From Squalus acanthias (Eukaryota), in contig CM059425.1 of assembly GCA_030390025.1 (NCBI GenBank), positions 176,206,001 through 176,270,000 of the forward strand: 64,000 bases of DNA, in the 5' to 3' direction. This document shows, piece after piece, positions 62,891 to 64,000 of the stretch. Below the pieces are notes generated by a model that saw only the letters and a list, made by a program, of their open reading frames with translations, was not told the DNA's origin and did no database searches. The position numbers and the translations under genes are program-made. How positions within the stretch are numbered: the first letter of the stretch is position 1; each line of letters begins with the position of its first letter.

Positions 62891-64000
62891 GAAAGTCCAT
62901 GATTTCCTGAGATGTACTGCTTGCAAGTACCATTCCCCACTGGGAGTTTTGAATCGCTGATTCATCCCTAGAGGGTACAGATATTGTGGCTGGCTTACCC
63001 ACTGTATTTTATTTCTGTTTTTTAAGTCTACTGATCCATTCAGCTGTCTCATTTTAAAGCAGAGAAAATGGACAGGATAGGACCCGAGTCTCCCAGCCCT
63101 ATCTATATTTTCTAACTGTAGGCAGAGTCACTCACTTGCGTGGTTTCGCTCTTCCCTCCACCATCACCTTGGTTGTTGCTTTAACTGCACACAAAGTAGA
63201 TTCAGGGTACATCAAAATTATTTGCACGTACCTAATGTTTTTATTTTTTCATCAAAACCAAATCAACATTCTGTTTATTATGAGGCTGTGTGGTTCCTAA
63301 AATTCCAGTGTTGTGTTGTCCACATATTCAATAACTCAACCTTTCATATCCAATAAATTGCCGACATATAATGACAAAATGAATAAAACATCCACTTGTA
63401 CTGTTTTTAGCCTTCTTGTTCTCCTCAGAAACCCAAGTAGATAATATGCAAGTACTAAAGTGGCACTTCATTCCCAATTGTTATGCAACATTGTTTGTAT
63501 TGCAACAACCATTGCATTTTACTATTTTACTTAATTCAAAAACAACAACTTTTGATTAGTAAATACTGGTTTCTGAAAGCAACCAAAGCTTGCGAACTGG
63601 ACTATTGTGCCAGAATTTTTATGATTAATATTCTAGGTGAAAGGTCATGATCCATAGTGCGGGAGATCACATGGCTTTAAAGGGGCGCGACAGGAGATTA
63701 AGTACATCAAGAAACAGTAGTTAGGTGACGCCAAGCTTGGATTTTAAAAGTTTGTAGATTGTAGAAGGAAGGTGTTTTGAGGGAGGCAAGGAGTTCCACA
63801 GTTTTGAAGCCCTAGGAAAGAATTCATTAGAATAAGACATTATGTGAAGGAAGGATAAAGATGCCCGAAATTTCTACGGTGTTTGGGGTATTATTGGGGC
63901 TTAATGGCAATGGGGGAATGAAGTGGAGAGCGAAAATTGGGACAGGATCTGTTCTTGCCAGGTTTGTGTCCAATAGTTTTCTTCTTATGTGGGGGTGAGT

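Overview
Vertebrate genomic DNA, most likely from a cartilaginous fish. That is an inference from a SacSINE1-like DeuSINE and the LINE families present. About half of the window is transposable elements set in AT-rich unique DNA, and I recognise no host protein-coding gene. PIF/Harbinger DNA transposons dominate. One is full length (8433-13816), with TIRs, a 3-bp TSD, a HARBI1-like transposase and a convergent 3-exon Myb/SANT gene, both decayed. There are also several partial copies from other families and many MITEs. The window further holds CR1 LINEs, a second poly(A)-tailed CR1-group LINE family, an L2 3' end, DeuSINEs, a solo LTR with a 4-bp TSD, and a young Penelope element with an open RT/GIY-YIG frame. 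Most notable: (i) a mini-Harbinger inserted in antisense into another copy of itself, with its transposase collapsed to an N-/C-terminal fusion (in frame in the outer copy); (ii) two minimal hammerhead-ribozyme motifs; (iii) a MITE carrying a promoter-like and splice-donor cassette; (iv) a unique CpG-rich candidate promoter/first exon. All calls were made by eye, without database searches. I found no clear evidence of a wholly new intact coding system.
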